DNA of 40,227 bases from Thermoproteota archaeon (GTDB lineage Archaea; Korarchaeota; Korarchaeia; Korarchaeales; Korarchaeaceae): assembly GCA_027491735.1 (NCBI GenBank), contig JAOZGP010000014.1:1-40227 (forward strand), written 5' to 3'. Position numbers and translations under genes: made by a program. This document shows, piece after piece, positions 1-8,550 of this stretch (positions within the stretch are counted from its first letter, which is position 1; each line of letters opens with the position of its first letter). A model generated the notes under the pieces. It was given only the letters and a program-made list of their open reading frames with translations, was not told where the DNA came from and searched no databases.

Positions 1-2
1 GT

Positions 3-122
3 TGACCCTCCCGCCCACCCAGCATTAAACGTGTGCAGCGAGGCTTTATGAGTTTAACTCTCCACCAACCACCCCCCTGATTCATCTCCGCCCTTGCAGA
101 CGGAGCCTTCTTAGCGAGGGTG
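3..122 (-). mobile_element. Non-autonomous IS200/IS605-type mini-element (MITE/PATE-like, ~120 bp)
   Basis: Minus strand reads TTAC|CACCCTCGCTAAGAAGGCTCCGTCTGCAAGGGCGGAGATG (left-end-like hairpin CTCCGTC/GGCGGAG). It ends ...GGGCGGGAGGGTCA, nearly identical to the right-end-like GGGCGGGGAGGTCA at 35692-35705. No ORF. Boundaries approximate. Confidence 0.6.
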
Positions 123-195
123 GTAAACATCTAAGACCTCTGCAGCTTCTAAAAGCATGTAGTGCTCTTTCCACGTTAATGAGTATAAGCTGGGG

Positions 196-249
196 GACTA
201 AAGACAACTGCCGAGAGAACTACCGCAAATCTTCTTTTTGTCTTTAGTC
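196..249. repeat. Perfect 12-bp inverted repeat with 30-nt spacer
   Basis: GACTAAAGACAA (196-207) and TTGTCTTTAGTC (238-249). Confidence 0.8.
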
Positions 250-332
250 TTTGGATGCTTTTTCATCCCTTTGTCTCCGTCGGTTTTCATTAAGCTATTT
301 AATTTCCCTGATCATGGATTTGGAATTATAAA

Positions 333-829
333 TTATTTTAATAAAACTATATTTCCCATACCCCTTCTCCTCCTCTCAACCAAGCCTCTGCTTTCCAGTA
401 GATCCAAGGCCTACTAACACTTGCTTTTGACAAACCTGTCTTCTCAACTAATTCACTCTGATTTATAATGCCACCTGATTCGATTATTGCTTTGTATATT
501 TTTGCCTCATCATCCTTCAGAGTTTTTGCTATCTCTTCCCACATTCTCTTCCTTTCTTCCAGAATAGCCTCTCCTGCTGTTTTTCCAGTAATTTCAACAT
601 GATAGATTAATTGTGCAGTACTAAATCCGAGCAGGATTGAGAAGATCGTCATCACCACAACATCAGAGTAAGTGAAGAACTTCGGCAAGCTTTCTGACGA
701 AATAGCTGCCCCGTTTATCGAAATTACCAGATGGATGGGAGTGAGTAATTTATAGACTAACATAAACGTAGATATGATAAGAGTACACGCAAAGATCAAA
801 TCCTTTTTCGTTATGCTGGATCGCATCAT
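333..829 (-). pseudogene. Membrane-anchored winged-HTH (MarR-like) transcriptional regulator, frameshifted near the C-terminus
   Basis: Two hydrophobic segments, then LKDDEAKIYKAIIESGGIINQSELVEKTGLSKASVSR. Restoring one base at ~410 (AGG GCC) gives the canonical wing ALDLLESRGLVERRRRGMGNIVLLK* ending at 333. Could be a sequencing error. Confidence 0.8.
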
Positions 830-883
830 CCCACCATAGTTAAGATTTGAAAAATAATAAAAAGGAAAAAATCCAATAACGCG

Positions 884-1495
884 TTAGGTGGAGGGCTGCA
901 TACCCTTTGAAACTGATGATGGGCAGGACACCGGATATATGTTGGTTACGTTGTTGCTCCCGAAAGACACAACTATCGAGTAGCACTTATCCCCTGACAT
1001 TGCCCAGATAGTTGCTCCTGTTATTTTTACCTGGCCGTTTTCATCAACTGCAACATTTGGACCTATCGAAAGAATGGTAGAGGCCTGCACATTTACTCTC
1101 GGATCCTTAGATGCTATATCGATCGCCTTTTTCTTTTGTTCTTCTGTAAGATGTGGTGCTGCGCCTATGTTCTTTATGCGTCCGACAGGTGTTTTATTAA
1201 CATACAGTATTATCTCTCTGGCGCTCTCAACAATCTTGCCGATCTCCAGAGTTCTAACTGGAGATTCTGTATTCATTTTATTCACTTTTACTGTTCCAAT
1301 AATCTCTCCGCCGGAAGTTGCTACTGTAACGATGCCGTTTTCCTTATTCCAGCTTAACCACACCTCTTTTACCGGCTGTTGTGTAACTTTGGCTATTATG
1401 CCGCTGCTACCCACTGCCGCCGCTGCTACGCCACCTATCATCCCTGCCAGCACCAGCCCCAGCACCAAGAGGTATCTCACGCCTTTCGCTTTCAT
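884..1495 (-). CDS. Secreted/surface protein of unknown function
   Basis: 203 aa ORF with basic N-terminus and hydrophobic signal-peptide-like segment (RYLLVLGLVLAGMIGGVAAAA); beta-rich body; C-terminal Cys pair. Confidence 0.75.
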   Translation of the reverse strand: MKAKGVRYLLVLGLVLAGMIGGVAAAAVGSSGIIAKVTQQPVKEVWLSWNKENGIVTVATSGGEIIGTVKVNKMNTESPVRTLEIGKIVESAREIILYVNKTPVGRIKNIGAAPHLTEEQKKKAIDIASKDPRVNVQASTILSIGPNVAVDENGQVKITGATIWAMSGDKCYSIVVSFGSNNVTNIYPVSCPSSVSKGMQPST

Positions 1496-1545
1496 TTTTG
1501 CTCACCAATCAAATTCAGTATGAAACACCATAAAACTCATGTATG

Positions 1546-1570
1546 TGAAACTGGTTTCAAACCGGTTTCA
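1546..1570. promoter_or_regulatory. Tandem palindromic operator-like site
   Basis: TGAAACTGGTTTCAAACCGGTTTCA = two 11-bp direct repeats AAAC(T/C)GGTTTC, each near-palindromic, ~50-75 nt upstream of the 884-1495 start. Confidence 0.65.
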
Positions 1571-1782
1571 AGCATTTTTCATATGCAAGGTGGAGTTTTA
1601 GACAGCGTCAGACTGTGTGAAAGCTCCTTTTGTTGTGGTGGATTGGTCATGTGTTGTATATAAAGCAGTAACCGCTCAAACATTCTGAAGCGCTCAAAGA
1701 TCTGAAATTTCTGTGATTCCAGAGAGACGCTTTCAACGTACGCCGGCAAATCGAGATCTTCTCACTCATCTATGAATCTAGT

Positions 1783-2109
1783 GGGGGGTGAGGGGCCCCC
1801 GCCCGGTGGACCAACCCCTTTGGGAGAGGTGTCTTCCCGGATCCAGCCTCCACTCCAGCGCATGGACAGCACCAACTGTCCGCATTAGGGCTGCTCCCTT
1901 CCGGGCCTGACCCGGTTCTGCGGTAAAGGAGGTTCAGCCGCCCTTCCGAGCGGCCTACCCCCACCAGCGGCCCGTCCAGGCGGAGCACTCATCAGCCAGA
2001 CCAGAGAATCCTCTCCTAAGGAGTTCGGTCGCCCGAGTGGGTTGCTGGCCCTGGCGTTAGCCTTCCAGTCACAGGGACCGGCTAGATCCCCGGCCCTACC
2101 CCCTCACCC
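1783..2109 (-). ncRNA. ffs: Signal recognition particle RNA (archaeal 7S/SRP RNA)
   Basis: Minus strand contains the helix-8 signature GAACCGGGTCAGGCCCGGAAGGGAGCAGCC. 5' GGGTGAGGGG pairs with 3' CCCCTCACCC (helix 1). GC-rich, ~325 nt, with a TAAATA box ~25 nt upstream. Confidence 0.93.
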
Positions 2110-2211
2110 ATAAGAACTAAGATGTTTGCATATTTAGGTCTTTCTTGGAGAGATATTGGTAGTGACCAAACTAGAAAGTTTTTTAAACTTCTCATCTCAG
2201 AAAGCCTTGGT

Positions 2212-2322
2212 GCCGGGGTAGCTCAGCTCGGTCAGAGCGCCGGACTCATAATCTCGGCGAAAAAGGAATTAAGGGCTCGATGGGATATCCGGAGGCCGCG
2301 GGTTCAAAGCCCGCCCCCGGCA
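2212..2322 (+). tRNA. tRNA-Met(CAT), elongator-type, with 36-nt canonical intron (2251-2286)
   Basis: Acceptor GCCGGGG/CCCCGGC-A, anticodon arm CCGGA-CTCATA|A-TCCGG. Bulge-helix-bulge formed by CTCA/TGGG with TAA and ATA bulges. TTTTAAAC box upstream; CCA not encoded. Confidence 0.93.
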
Positions 2323-2726
2323 TGGATAACCCTTCCGATTTTGAGCACTTTTTGCAATTTTCCAGAAGCTTCCACGGTGTTTACCCTGTCAGGATCTTCT
2401 CGCAACTTGGTGACACAATTCGTGACAGCTTAATGTCTCTTTTTAAGAACAGAGACAGTGACGGGATTTCACCATCGCGCGTCTGTGGAAAGAATGCTCG
2501 GAAATTTCGAACCCCTAACGAATTTAAAATAAACACGTTAAATAAAAAATAAAACAAATTGAAACTTTCAACAAATCATCATAATAAACTTCTTCTGAGT
2601 GTTTATATAGGTTTAAGTTTTTTAAAAATTTAATCCCTCAGCCCCAATAAAATAGAAAAACGGTGCTCGTTTGCTGCTTCAGTTTGCACCCAGTGCAGAC
2701 ATTGGATGTTACATTAGTAGATTCCA

Positions 2727-3725
2727 TTAAACTGTTTCATATAAGCTCTTCAATCTGGATGAAAGCCTGAGAATTAGTAACATTATTGGTATTTGGATGA
2801 GAGGAGCTACTGCCGCTGGAAGAGCTACAAGAGCCCCAAACGCAGTTACCGCTATTCCTATTGTAATTGCATGATTTTTTGCAGTTACACTGTACACAAG
2901 AGCTATTGCATCTCCATAGTCAAAGCGAAGAATCTTAGAGAGCAGCACCACAAGCAAAGAGTTGAGAGGGTAAAGTATTGCAATACCAAATACTACGAGA
3001 AGCACATAGTGAAAGTTTGGGACGATAAGACTTGCCTGTGTTGAGATTATAATAAAAACCATGATAAGCATTCCACAGGTTGAAATTGCGGGAAATCTTT
3101 GGGCAATCTGCCTGTATCCTTCCATACCAACCTTGTGAATTAGGAGCTTTCTTGTAGCAATTCCGGCAATAAGTGGTAATATGACAATCAAAATAAGTTT
3201 CTGAAATATCATAAAGGGATCAATTTGTATGTAAATTCTTGCAAGAATCCACATCCAGAATGGAATAAAGAATATTGCAAGAATGAGACTTAAGGCAACG
3301 ATTATAAGAGCTGTTTCTACTCTTCCTCTAGCATAACCCGTCCATGCCGCGACCATTCCGCTGCATGGAACAACTATTTTGAGAATGAAACCTGCTGCGA
3401 GATAAGGAGTACTTTGAAAGAGTAAGTGTGTCCAAAGAAATGCGAGCAAAGGAGATATCAAAAAGTTCATAAAAATTGCAAGAAAAATAGGTTTTGGTTT
3501 TCTAGCAACCTTGATGATGTCCTCAATTCTCAAATTTATCATCATCGGGTAGAGCATAATAAAAAGATAAAGAGGGATAAAAGGCTTGAAGATACTTACT
3601 TTTTCTGGAAAATAGCAACCTACAATAAGGGCAAAACTTATTGAAACTGCAACCCAGATAGGCAAATACTTACTAATGATTTCGACCCAGCTCATTTTAT
3701 CTTTCATTTTCAAATCCCAACGCAC
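2727..3725 (-). CDS. acr3: Acr3-family arsenite efflux / bile-acid:Na+ symporter family transporter
   Basis: ~10 TM segments; MLYPMM, VVPCSGMVAAWTGYARG and TAKNHAITIGIAVTAFG motifs typical of Acr3. True start may be a few codons downstream. Confidence 0.8.
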   Translation of the reverse strand: MRWDLKMKDKMSWVEIISKYLPIWVAVSISFALIVGCYFPEKVSIFKPFIPLYLFIMLYPMMINLRIEDIIKVARKPKPIFLAIFMNFLISPLLAFLWTHLLFQSTPYLAAGFILKIVVPCSGMVAAWTGYARGRVETALIIVALSLILAIFFIPFWMWILARIYIQIDPFMIFQKLILIVILPLIAGIATRKLLIHKVGMEGYRQIAQRFPAISTCGMLIMVFIIISTQASLIVPNFHYVLLVVFGIAILYPLNSLLVVLLSKILRFDYGDAIALVYSVTAKNHAITIGIAVTAFGALVALPAAVAPLIQIPIMLLILRLSSRLKSLYETV

Positions 3726-3802
3726 CCTTCTCTACGATTATACGCGAGCATTTTTTTCTGACAAACTCTACAAATCTGTAGATCGACATAATCTCAAAAA
3801 AT

Positions 3803-4591
3803 TTAGGTAAGGCAGACATATCCCTGCCAGATGAACTTCAGCGAAACGTACAGAAACACAAAGCCGAATATAGCTTTGATAGCCCACGGTGGAACTACTT
3901 TGGTTAACCTCGCTCCAATCTGTGCTCCTATAATCGTTCCGATGCCGAGGCATATCGCAGCTATTACGTCAACAACTCCCTGATAGAGCTTGAATGCTCC
4001 ACTAACTACTGCCATGCTAATGAATGATGCTAAAGATGTGCCTACCGCTATCTTCACTGGAGAGCTCAGCAGATATATGAACGAGGGCACTAAAGCGTAG
4101 CCGCCACCAAGCCCAACGATGCCCGTAATAATCCCGATGAAGAACCCTATCGTAGCTTTTGCTGCTCCAGAACCCGGAACGACATTGCCGGGCTTTTCTG
4201 GCATTTTTCTTTTCACAGTCCCCTCGTATATCATTCTAATCGAGACGTAGAGAAAAGCGAAGCCAAGGATGAAGTTGAGCAGCCAGAGCTGGTTTGAAAT
4301 GTAAAAGAAGATCACGCTGCCAACAGCAGCGCCAACTGCACCGCTTACAGCAACAACCTTCGCTGTTGAATAGTCAACGTTCTTCAACCTTATGTGTCCT
4401 ATAGCTCCAGACGATGCCGTCAAAATCACTGCCGTAATCGTCGTTCCGATTGCTACTGGAAGCGGGTATTTGAAGAGAAAGGCTAAAGCTGGAAGCATTA
4501 TCACACAGCCACCTATGCCCAGCAAACCACCAAGGGTTCCGGCGATTAAGCCCGTTATTAAAAGAAGTGTAGCCGTGATTGCATCCGCCAT
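3803..4591 (-). CDS. TauE/SafE (TSUP) family sulfite exporter
   Basis: Duplicated GLLGIGGC...P and GIVGLGGG...P motifs, A[IV]GT motifs, ~8 TM segments. Confidence 0.92.
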   Translation of the reverse strand: MADAITATLLLITGLIAGTLGGLLGIGGCVIMLPALAFLFKYPLPVAIGTTITAVILTASSGAIGHIRLKNVDYSTAKVVAVSGAVGAAVGSVIFFYISNQLWLLNFILGFAFLYVSIRMIYEGTVKRKMPEKPGNVVPGSGAAKATIGFFIGIITGIVGLGGGYALVPSFIYLLSSPVKIAVGTSLASFISMAVVSGAFKLYQGVVDVIAAICLGIGTIIGAQIGARLTKVVPPWAIKAIFGFVFLYVSLKFIWQGYVCLT

Positions 4592-4670
4592 TATAGCACC
4601 TTCTCTTCAACAAGCCATGTCAGCAGTTTTAAACCTTAAGCAAACATCAATCAACTTCGACAACACCACA

Positions 4671-5196
4671 ATGGAGCTTCTCAGGTCTTTCAGAAGCTGC
4701 ACAGAAAAAGAACACTCTGATACCGTTAAACCCTCTGAAGATTATCCTGCCTTTCTAAGATACAGTGGGCAGTTTTACAAAGCTGTGTGGGAGTGTGGAA
4801 AAACACAGATATGGGAAAAGGTTGTTCAGGATAACTGGAAAGTTCTCATACTCTCTGCGTATTACGGCTTTTTGAAAATCACAGATCCCGTAAAGGATTA
4901 CAACCTGCAGATGTCGAAACTCAAAGCGAAGTGTAAAAGGAAACTTCCGCAGGTGTTGCAAGCGATAAAAAAATGCCAATGTTATCGAGAACATTTACTT
5001 CCTTACCTCAGAGACTTACATCAATCCATTCAAAGGCGAACTCGAAAATATCCATCGAGTGGTTCCGTTTGATTGGAAAGAAAATGAGATTCGCGGATAC
5101 ATGCTAACGGATTACTACAAAGAAGCTGGCTACCTGTTTGCCTCGATAATTACGGGAGAAGTTCGAGGGTCTGCTGGCTTTGTAGGCTTGAGGTGA
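4671..5196 (+). pseudogene. YaaA/DUF328-like protein, frameshifted at an A7 run and probably 5'-truncated
   Basis: PAFLRYSGQFYK...VLILSAYYGFLKITDPVKDYNLQM matches the YaaA-type pattern. Removing one A at 4967-4973 continues as NANVIENIYFLTSETY...GFVGLR*, ending at 5196, 5 nt before the next ATG. Confidence 0.7.
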
Positions 5197-5201
5197 TGTG
5201 A

Positions 5202-6014
5202 ATGGATCATGAGCTTGTTGAAATGCTGAAGAGCTTTATTAAGAAGAACTCCAGAGTGCCGGATCTGCAGTTTGATCCTGCTCTTGAGCCCAAGCTTCCT
5301 GTGGATCCTTACCCCAAGAACTACGAAGAAAGGAAAAGAACAGCTCACTACCTTCTGCTTGTTGCATCAATAGACGAGGGTAATATGATCGGAAGAGCAG
5401 ATAATGCAAGAAAACTCATTGCAAATTTATACGAGTGTTTCGATGAAAAGCTCTTCGAAATAACCGACGAAAGCATCCTTAAGAATGCTCTGGATAATGC
5501 TGGTGCTGGCTTACCGCTTGGCAGGCTTAAGGGAATGATTCCGAAAATTCTCGCAAGTGTTAACAGGTTTGTAAATGAAAAAGCAAATGGTGACCTTATT
5601 GAATACAGCAAAAAGTTTCACATACCTTACGATTTTGTTGAGCAACTTGGAAGAAGCATCGTTCGCATGGGCAAGGATAAAACCTTCGCAAGGAAGAAGG
5701 CTTGGATGTACATGTGCTGGATGGTCAGGGATTATCCCGATCTGAGAATATTCGATCACTTTTCTCCAAAGGATCTCTTCGTGCCGCTTGACAAAAACGT
5801 CGCAAGGGTTGCAGTGTGTTTAGGAGTTATTTCATCTCCTGAAAATCTGAGCTGGAATGAAGTGGTGAAAGTAACCGAATTCGCGAGAACTCTGTATCCT
5901 GACGATCCTGTGAAAGTTTATTATCCGTTCTTTCTTTTAGGAAGGGAGATAGCTAAAAGAAAACTTCCACTAACTGTACAAATTCTTAAGGAGCTTCTAA
6001 AGACCAAAACCTAA
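5202..6014 (+). CDS. DUF2400 / TIGR02757-like protein (predicted HhH-GPD DNA-glycosylase fold)
   Basis: KKAWMYMCWMVRD...DLFVPLDKNVARVA...LYPDDPVKVYYPFF resembles the DUF2400 C-terminal motifs; GAGGTGA SD upstream. Confidence 0.75.
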   Translation: MDHELVEMLKSFIKKNSRVPDLQFDPALEPKLPVDPYPKNYEERKRTAHYLLLVASIDEGNMIGRADNARKLIANLYECFDEKLFEITDESILKNALDNAGAGLPLGRLKGMIPKILASVNRFVNEKANGDLIEYSKKFHIPYDFVEQLGRSIVRMGKDKTFARKKAWMYMCWMVRDYPDLRIFDHFSPKDLFVPLDKNVARVAVCLGVISSPENLSWNEVVKVTEFARTLYPDDPVKVYYPFFLLGREIAKRKLPLTVQILKELLKTKT

Positions 6015-6141
6015 GGCTTTAAATTAAATTTTTAGAATTAGATAAAAATCATTAGAGGATAGCTTTACTTTTATGATGTAAGCAAATAATGTTTTACTCG
6101 ATTGAATAATATTTATATGCTCAATAAATCTCATTTATCCT

Positions 6142-6828
6142 ATGCCTCAAGAAACTTCTAGGATAGAAGCTAAGGAGATTAAGGTAAGAGATCTTTTAAG
6201 CAACCACCTTTTTGAAATACCTATTTATCAGAGACCATTCAGCTGGAATGAGGATAATTTTCAGGCATTAGTTGAGGATGTTTCAGATGCTATGGAAAGT
6301 GGTGAGGAAAGTTATTTTCTAGGTACAGTTCTTCTCAGAAGAAAGAAGAACGATTGATTTCAGTGATAGAGAACTTGTTAAAGATATCATCCTGTCAAAA
6401 CTCGATGACCAGCAGTTTTATTCTCTTAAAGGTGGGAAAATGGCAAGATATGTGCTTTTAAGGCTGGACATGGAGATGCAAGAAGAGAACTTTGCGGTTA
6501 TTCAAATTGGGAAACCATAACAGTTGAACACATATTACCGCGCAAACCACAGGGAGAGTGGCTGAATGTATTTTCTGAAGAGGAAGTCAAGGAGATCGTT
6601 AACAAACTTGGAAATCTAGCACTCCTTAACAAACGAAGAAATTCCAGAGCTTCCAACTATGAATATAGGAGAAAGCTTGAGAGTTATTTTGACATTACAC
6701 GCAATCCTTTTGCAATCACAACGATGCTCAGGAATTACAGCAGTTGGGATAGACGAGCTTTCGAAAAAAGACACAGGAAACTACTGAATCTAGCTTTCAA
6801 GATTTACATTCCTCAAAAGCTTGTGTAA
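6142..6828 (+). pseudogene. GmrSD-type (DUF262 + DUF1524 HNH) type IV restriction endonuclease remnant
   Basis: N-terminus FEIPIYQRPFSW...YFLGTVLL (DUF262). After a large deletion and frameshifts, TVEHILP...LGNLALLNKRRNSRASN (DUF1524 HNH), ending at TAA 6826-6828. Confidence 0.88.
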
Positions 6829-8444
6829 ACTGATAATATTTCCTCAAACTCAAATCTCCACTCTCCCTTTTTCAGCTTCTCCCTGAGCTCTTTCAGCGTA
6901 ATCTCCTCCTTATTCAGCATCTCCTCAACCCTCTTCCACTCGCTCTCGTGCCTGTATTTCCTTCCGATCATCTCGCTTATGAGTCTGTCAATGGCAGAGA
7001 AATACAGGGTCATGATTCCAAGCTTTTTGGCCATGTGCATCGCTTCGGTGCTCCAGCCCAAACCAATCATTATAGGCAAGACATTTCTAGCATTCCCGAA
7101 AGCTGCCTTAACTCTATCATCAAAGTTTGCGACATGCTCTGGCCTGACGAGAGTGTACTTGCTCTCTATTGGGATTATGATATCCAAAGAGGTTCTACCG
7201 TCAGCCATCACGTTAAAGGCATAGAAGGTACCCTTTATCAGAATGTCGAATTCAAGCTTTCTTCCCTTCTCCGTAACCACCCAGACGTTTGCAACTTTTT
7301 CATCCCTGAAAACGAGAGGTATTGAGAACTTGCTGAGCTCCGGGTTCTTTCTCAGCTCTTCGGAGCTGCAAAGAATCTGGAAAAGCCTCGCAACTAACTT
7401 TTCGTAGAAGATTCTTATCACCGTCTTGATGTTCATCCTTGCAAGAGATCTCGCTATCTCTTTCTTCAGCTTTTCTTCCCAGTCGGAATCGAGATTAACG
7501 AGAAATCCCTCGTAACCGTAGCCTGAGCCGGATTTTGGAATAACATAGCCGAGCCAGTCGATGAAGGAATCTCTCTTGAACTCGGGAATTTTTGACATCG
7601 ACCTTCACATATTCATGGAGCTCTCAATGTTTATCTCGACCTCTATGCACTTTGCAACCTTCTTCACGTGGTATCTCACCTCATCTGGCGTGAGATAGAG
7701 CTCTGAAGTAATCCTGCTCGTGGGCACAACCTTCTCGCTTTTTACGAGATCCCTGACAGTTCTCAAAACCTCATTCTCCCTTATGTAACGCTCCCTGTAA
7801 TTTTCAAGCTGCTCTTCCGTAAAATACCAGACCCACTTTCCATCAACCTTTATCCCTCTCAAACCGACCTTTCTTAAAGGCTTGAGAACAGCTCTTGTCA
7901 AGGAAGAAGTTGCGTTGTAGAAATCTCTCTTAGACTCTATTTTGTAAACCTTGTACTTCTCGTTGAGCCTTTCAAGGATTTAATCAATGGTTAGCGCTGT
8001 ATCAGAGCTTTTCAGAATTTCAAGAACGAGGTCTTTCTTTTTAACCCTCTCGCCTGCTTCATCCTTTATCATTTCATAGGAAACAAATTTCACGGAATAC
8101 TCCTTTCCATTGAAAGTAAAGTCGACTATTCTTCCAGCGTACTCTATCGGAGCGTAGAAGTATGCCTTCACGTTCTTCTTGCTCTTCACGCTTGCGTAAG
8201 GAGAAGTCGGATATTCTTCAATCTTGACCAGCTCCTCCGATCTTGAAATTCTTCCCTTTTTGAAAAGCCTTCTCAGTGCATGCTCTATTTTCTCTGCCTC
8301 TCTCCACTCACTACCTGATTTCACATCCCTCTTTTCTTTGACACCAAAGTACTCCTTGAAATCCGCAAGGCATAACGGTCTCTTCTTTTCCTCGAACATT
8401 TCGCTGAAGGCTTTAAATACCCTATCGATCCTGTAAACAACCAT
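6813..8444 (-). pseudogene. Large wHTH + C-terminal PD-(D/E)xK nuclease, split by two in-frame stops
   Basis: ORFs 7980-8528, 7605-7901 and 6813-7598 are all in one frame, separated by TAA (7980-7982) and TGA (7605-7607). HTH-like segments, then EKLVARLF...EFDILIK...IPIESKY. Likely start ATG 8444 (~543 aa). Confidence 0.75.
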
Positions 8445-8550
8445 GCTCTCATGTTTATCTTGCGAGGCTCCACGATTTTCGTGACATCTCCGGTGACATC
8501 TCTCCAAGCTTTCACAGTTCTTTTTCATGTGCTACACAAAACCTCGGCAC

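Larger units (their letters stand above)
2323..8550. mobile_element. Decaying genomic island inserted downstream of tRNA-Met
   Basis: AT-richer by eye than the flanking core. Cargo is transporters plus pseudogenised defence genes. Paired GTGACA-N6-GTGACA motifs lie near both ends (2410-2427, 8481-8498), and CCTCGGCA at 8542-8549 resembles the tRNA 3' end CCCCGGCA. No integrase seen. Confidence 0.6.

Noticed and set aside
1770-1988. 72-aa ORF; also considered as RNase P RNA
   Set aside because: Lies within the SRP RNA (helix-8 motif present); RNase P GAGGAAAGTCC-type motifs are absent.
2122-2552. ORFs 2122-2433 and 2280-2552
   Set aside because: They overlap tRNA-Met and show no protein-like motifs; no integrase signature found.
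4392-4670. N-terminal part of the 226-aa ORF
   Set aside because: Mostly an antisense shadow of tauE; YaaA-like similarity begins only downstream.
7605-7982. Recoding (Sec/Pyl or alternative genetic code) of in-frame stops
   Set aside because: Stops are of different types (TAA, TGA), neighbours are also decayed, no SECIS-like element was seen, and core genes use all three stops normally.
8445-8528. N-terminal extension MKKNCESLERCHRRCH as a metal-binding motif
   Set aside because: It arises from translating the GTGACA repeat doublet; likely non-coding island end.
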